Origin: an uncultured Acidobacteriota bacterium
Lineage (GTDB): Bacteria > Acidobacteriota > UBA6911
Direction of reading: 5' to 3'
NCBI GenBank assembly: GCA_963809485.1
Contig: CAWEJX010000004.1
Span: 192,001-256,000, forward strand
Length of the DNA: 64,000 nt
In this document: piece after piece, positions 59,832-64,000 of the stretch
Layout: each line of letters starts with the position of its first letter
Position numbering within the stretch: the stretch's first letter is position 1
Made by a program: the position numbers and the translations under genes
The notes under the pieces: generated by a model
Told to the model about the DNA's origin: nothing
What the model saw: the letters and a program-made list of their open reading frames with translations, nothing else
The model's database searches: none

Positions 59832-61766
59832 TCATACGGCCATGGCCGCATCAAATGCGCTGGTTGTGGCGTTCCACACGGTGCCGGACTTTCCATTGCT
59901 GTTTCCAACCACATAACACTCGGAAACCGCGGTCTTCAACTGGTTGATCGCTTCGGTGTTGACTTTGATCCCAAGCGAGAGGATTACGGTGTCGAAGACC
60001 AGTCCTTCTTCCCTCCCATCCTTGACGACTATGGCGTAATCCCGCGTTACATCAACCAGCTTCGTGTGGGTCCTCAAGTCAAGGTTGAGTTCGGCCAATG
60101 TATTAAAAAGCGCATAGGCATTGATGGGTGAAGAACCCGATCCAAGCTCCTCTTTGGGCAGCAAATCAATCAAGGTCACTTTTTTGCCCGATTGCAGAAA
60201 CCTCAACGCGGCTTCGCAGCCGGTCAAGCCGGCGCCTGCGATCAGAATATTTTCGCCAATCCGGACATCGCCGCTGTCGATGTCGCCAACCCATAGGACC
60301 TTTGATGTATCCTGACAGGTCAGTTCCGGAATAACAGGCACGCCTCCGATGGCCAGGATCAGCGCATCGGCGTTTTCATCGGCAATAAGCCCCGGCGTTG
60401 CTTCGGTATCGATTCGAACGCCGATATTTTTGGCTAGCTCGGTCATGCGAACAGACCAGTCAAGATAGCTCTTCAAATCGGCTTTATAGGGAGACCGGAC
60501 GGCTCTCCATAAAAGGCCTCCCAATTGAGGCGCTTTTTCAAACAGCACAACTTCGTGTCCGCGTCCGGCCAGAGTTCTTGCAGCTTCCAGACCGGCCGGC
60601 CCGCCCCCCACAACGACAACCTTTTTCTTCTTCCCGGGAGCCAGGCGGCACTCATAATCCATTTCCCGTCCAGCCAGCGGATTCACGGCGCATCTGGGCG
60701 GTTTTGATCCAAAATGGCTTCTGCTGATGCATGTATTGCATCGCACACAGGGACGGACGTCATTCTCTTGCCCACGTTCCAGCTTCCTTACAGTCTCCGG
60801 ATCGGCAATAAGCTGCCGGCACAAAGCGACCATATCCACTTTGCCCGAGGCAATTGCCTCTTCGGCCTGTTCCAGGGTTACGGCGCCGACAACGCTCACC
60901 GGGACATGCAGAGCTTTTTTGAACTGAGCCGCATAGTCGATATTGATCCCGTGATCCATGTAGGGCGGAGGGAAAATAAACGGAGTCAGCTTATTGATGG
61001 CCAGGTTGCCCCTGGAAACGTGCAGCAGGTCGATCTTATCCTGAATGGCTTTTGCGAACTCAATCACCTCCTGAATGTCCGGGGATCCGGGAACCATATC
61101 GATCGCGCTGATGCGGTACTCGATAGCCAACTTGTCGCCGACCTCGGCACGGATGGCATCCAGAATTTCCACGGCAAAGCGGCACCGGTTCTCGAAAGAC
61201 TGGGGACCATATTGATCGGTTCGCCGGTTAAACACTTTGGAAAAAAGCAGAGCGGGCAACTGGCAATGTGCCCCGTGGACCAGAACCATGTCTCCATCAG
61301 CCCTCAGAACGTTGCGCGCCGCTTTCGCGTAGTCCTGTATAAAATCCTGAAGCTCTCTCAGCGATAGGAGATTGCAGTCGATTTCCATTGGGATCCCCAC
61401 GGAACTCTCGACTTCATGAGTGCCGAAATAGGAAGCGATCGGAACCAGTTCAACGCAAGCTTTTGCCCCGTAGCGTTTGGCCGCTTCACACCATTCCGAC
61501 AGGGATGTGACGATCCAGTCGTCATTCAGCCCGACAATGTGGTGTGCCGCCGCGGGCAAAACTCTGTTGATAAAGCCGCTGCCCAAGGTAACCGTCGCCG
61601 CGCCGCCGCTGCTGAGAGGTTTGGAAGCCTCGATTTGCGCCCGCGTGATGTGGTTATCATAGGAAGCGAGGAAGTTATAGGTAGGAGCATTGGTAATGCG
61701 GTTCTTAAGAAGTAATTTCCCGATCTTAATGGGCTGAAACAGGTGCGGATATTTGCCGGGCAACAT
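59832..61766 (-). CDS. NADH:flavin oxidoreductase (OYE + 4Fe-4S + FAD domain; DCR/BaiCD-like)
   Basis: LFQPIKIG..LKNR, NRRTDQYG..ENRCRF, CVRCNTC..CAVNP, VVGGGPAGLEAA, GAGLTGCE. Confidence 0.92.
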   Translation of the reverse strand: MLPGKYPHLFQPIKIGKLLLKNRITNAPTYNFLASYDNHITRAQIEASKPLSSGGAATVTLGSGFINRVLPAAAHHIVGLNDDWIVTSLSEWCEAAKRYGAKACVELVPIASYFGTHEVESSVGIPMEIDCNLLSLRELQDFIQDYAKAARNVLRADGDMVLVHGAHCQLPALLFSKVFNRRTDQYGPQSFENRCRFAVEILDAIRAEVGDKLAIEYRISAIDMVPGSPDIQEVIEFAKAIQDKIDLLHVSRGNLAINKLTPFIFPPPYMDHGINIDYAAQFKKALHVPVSVVGAVTLEQAEEAIASGKVDMVALCRQLIADPETVRKLERGQENDVRPCVRCNTCISRSHFGSKPPRCAVNPLAGREMDYECRLAPGKKKKVVVVGGGPAGLEAARTLAGRGHEVVLFEKAPQLGGLLWRAVRSPYKADLKSYLDWSVRMTELAKNIGVRIDTEATPGLIADENADALILAIGGVPVIPELTCQDTSKVLWVGDIDSGDVRIGENILIAGAGLTGCEAALRFLQSGKKVTLIDLLPKEELGSGSSPINAYALFNTLAELNLDLRTHTKLVDVTRDYAIVVKDGREEGLVFDTVILSLGIKVNTEAINQLKTAVSECYVVGNSNGKSGTVWNATTSAFDAAMAV

Positions 61767-62008
61767 TTTTCCTCCCGCGAGTGTCATGGTTATCGAAAAC
61801 TGATTGTTCCATAGTCTTACAGGTGAAGCATGCCCCATTCTTTGAAATCGGCATCAGCCGGTTCCGGGCGCCGTCGCCATCCGTTCCATGTTGGGCTATC
61901 TCGGGAGGAAAGTCAAAAACCTATGACAAACGGGAGGCTTGACTTCAAATCCTTCAAGGCCGTTAAATGAGTTTCACCGGCTCTTGCACCCTAATCCTCG
62001 CATAGGTG

Positions 62009-62050
62009 GTCGGCGTTCATAGGCGTCTTTCTTGATTCATGTCGGCGTTA
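62009..62050 (+). repeat. Degenerate TCAGCGT-array copy
   Basis: gtcggcgttcataggcgtctttcttgattcatgtcggcgtta; upstream gggaggcttga..tcaaggccgtt (61932) echoes 45992-46027. Confidence 0.6.
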
Positions 62051-62190
62051 CCTGCTTCTGGAGAGGGTAAAAGTCTGCGGGAAGGGCCGGGCAGGAAACC
62101 ACTTCCGATTGCCAAGTATCTTTGTTTGAGTGTATGTTCTTCACACGTCGCGATTTTTATTACTGAGTGAAAATTCGGAGGCTATAAAAC

Positions 62191-63462
62191 ATGACCCAAG
62201 AGACTCCTGGAAACAGTGCCGTGAAGGAATATGCCGAAAGAGATCAGAGGGTAAACGATGCCATAGCCATGAAGGTACCGGACCGCGTGCCGATCCAGTT
62301 GTTCGTCGGCTACTTCGCGGGCAGGTACTGCAACATCCCATTTTCATCCGCTTACTACGATGCTCCAAAATGGAGGGAGGCCAATATCCGGACCATAACA
62401 GAGCTTGCACCGGATGTTTACTGGGCACAGCCCGCCGCTGCTTCCGGGAAAGCACTCGAGGTCCTCAACCCGCTTAACATGAGGTGGCCGGGGTTCGGTG
62501 TGCCTCCGAACAGCAGTCACCAGATGATCGAGCTGGAGCCGATGAAGGCGGAGGATTATGACGCATTTTTTAGCGACCCCTCGGACTATATTGTGCGCAC
62601 CTACCTGCCCCGTGTCGTGGAATCAGCGGCGCCTTTGGCCAAGCTGCCCCCATTGCGGTCGCTGATGGGCGGCATGGGTATGGCATCCTATTTGACGGTG
62701 TTCACCCGGCCGGAAATGGCGGAAATGCTTGACAAATTCCGCAAGGCAGCGGAATTACAGGCAAAGTGGCAGACCCAGGAGATTTTCTTCGATGACGAAA
62801 TGGCGAGGCGTGGATTTCCCTGCTACACCACTCCAAGAATGATGGGAGGATCAGCCTTCGACATGGTTTCCGACTTTCTCCGCGGCATGCGCGGTGCAAT
62901 GCTGGATATGTATCGCGCTCCCGACAAGCTCCTTGAAATCTGCGATACGCTCTGCAACCAGACCGTGAAGACGATAAAGGCATTGCCTCCTCCTGCGGAA
63001 GGCAGTGTCAAAAGAGTTTTCATGGCACTTCACAGAGGTTCGGACGGATTCATGTCTCTGTCTCAATTCGAGAAATTCTACTGGCCCACTCTTAAAAAAG
63101 TCATATTGACTTTGATCGACGCCGGATGGACGCCCTGCCCATTCTTCGAAGGAACCTGGGACCAGCGCCTTGAATACATTCGAGAATTGCCCAAGGGATC
63201 CATCCTATGTCATTTCGCGAGGACTGACCCGGAAAAGGCAAAGGCCGTCCTGGGCGGACATCTTTGCTTTATGATTGACGTCCCCGGCAGTATTTTGCAG
63301 GCTTGCACCGTCTCAGAAGTCGAAGACTATTGCAGGAAGCTTATCCAGACATGCGGTAAAGACGGCGGCTTTATCATGACGGCCACAGCCCTGGACGAAG
63401 CCAAGCCGGAGAACGTGAAAGCTATGCTGGATGTTACCAGGAGCTACGGCAGGTATGTCTGA
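62191..63462 (+). CDS. Uroporphyrinogen decarboxylase / MtaA-CmuA family protein
   Basis: PDRVP, MKAEDYD, LRGMRG..DMYR.P, LHRGSDGFMS..QFEKFYWP, KDGGFI, AKPENVKAM. Confidence 0.9.
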   Translation: MTQETPGNSAVKEYAERDQRVNDAIAMKVPDRVPIQLFVGYFAGRYCNIPFSSAYYDAPKWREANIRTITELAPDVYWAQPAAASGKALEVLNPLNMRWPGFGVPPNSSHQMIELEPMKAEDYDAFFSDPSDYIVRTYLPRVVESAAPLAKLPPLRSLMGGMGMASYLTVFTRPEMAEMLDKFRKAAELQAKWQTQEIFFDDEMARRGFPCYTTPRMMGGSAFDMVSDFLRGMRGAMLDMYRAPDKLLEICDTLCNQTVKTIKALPPPAEGSVKRVFMALHRGSDGFMSLSQFEKFYWPTLKKVILTLIDAGWTPCPFFEGTWDQRLEYIRELPKGSILCHFARTDPEKAKAVLGGHLCFMIDVPGSILQACTVSEVEDYCRKLIQTCGKDGGFIMTATALDEAKPENVKAMLDVTRSYGRYV

Positions 63463-63482
63463 TCTCTGGTCCGATTATCAAC

Positions 63483-63630
63483 AGCCTGCGGCAAGGCCGG
63501 AGGCTGGATCGACTCCACCAACATGAAACGCTGACGCACGCTGACTTCCTCCCTATCATCAGCGTACGTCAGCGCTTTAGTCCGCGTAGGTCAGCGTTAC
63601 CAGATCCTGGAACTGTCAGACTCTGCAACT
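63483..63630 (+). repeat. TCAGCGT-array copy retaining traces of both hairpin ends
   Basis: agcctgcggcaaggccggaggct..aaacgctgacgcacgctgac..tcagcgtacgtcagcgctttagtccgcgtaggtcagcgttac..ggaactgtcagactct. Confidence 0.8.
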
Positions 63631-63741
63631 TCAGATCTGACATACTCTCCCCAAAATTGGCAAAACCTGCAATCTATCGGACATGGGTGCGGACAAAAAC
63701 CTGTCCGCTTTTTTACGCAGGTAGCACCGATATCTCGCTCG

Positions 63742-63920
63742 GCCGCGTAGCGGCCCAGTGAATTTAGGCCGGCCTTTTAAGGCCGGCATTATGACCGATG
63801 CGCAGGATGCGTCGCGCCAGCGACGCTTGAATTCAACCGTCGCTGACGCGACGGATTCAATTTCAAATCGTTGTCCGGGCCTTGAAAGGCCCGGCTAAAA
63901 TCAAACTGCCGCTACGCGGC
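63742..63920. repeat. REPIN-like nested palindrome
   Basis: gccgcgtagcggc / gccgctacgcggc outer IR; gccggcctttt-aaggccggc and ccgggcc-ttgaaa-ggcccgg inner hairpins; cgtcgcgccagcgacg / cgtcgctgacgcgacg centre. Confidence 0.8.
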
Positions 63921-64000
63921 AAACCCATGATGCGGCGTTGGGCATTTCGCTGAAAGGCGGACATATTTTCATAGGAGTACGTAGGAGTTCTGGACTTATT

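Noticed and set aside
1373-63599. TCAGCGT repeats as integron attC sites
   Set aside because: AAC..GTT ends occur but there is no consistent RYYYAAC/GTTRRRY pair, flanking genes face both ways, and I saw no IntI-type insertion in either recombinase.
1373-63599. TCAGCGT repeats as a CRISPR array
   Set aside because: Copies are dispersed and degenerate with no regular spacers, and no cas genes are present.
1-64000. tRNA, rRNA or an autonomous transposase
   Set aside because: None recognised by eye; no HUH/Y1 or DDE transposase among the ORFs.

Overview
Bacterial chromosomal segment, most likely from an anaerobic Acidobacteriota-like organism. This is inferred from the Ser/Thr kinase-PD40 remnants, the ECF/DUF4252 cluster and the PQFVDGGGY-type surface protein. 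It is a patchwork of unrelated metabolic genes: two xanthine-dehydrogenase-family Mo subunits, FAD/CCG oxidoreductases, a glycyl radical enzyme with its activase, an OYE, tryptophanase, a UroD-like protein and a MetRS-like protein. It also holds several gene remnants and a toxin-antitoxin/AAA-DUF4143 cluster at 15.6-22.7 kb. Main result: a compact ~3.9 kb integrative element (23004-26916) carrying a coupled four-gene operon of a Cys-rich protein missed by the ORF track, a CHC2-TOPRIM primase and two intact tyrosine recombinases. Its ends can be placed at base resolution because it splits a repeat whose empty copy lies 5 kb away. Second result: ~17 strand-biased, decaying copies of a nested-palindrome element with IS200/IS605-like hairpin ends and a ~10-bp-periodic TCAGCGT core, located at gene boundaries. 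Several enzymes also carry non-canonical catalytic residues. Scattered +1 frameshifts in otherwise intact genes look like long-read errors. All calls come from motif recognition by eye; no searches were run.
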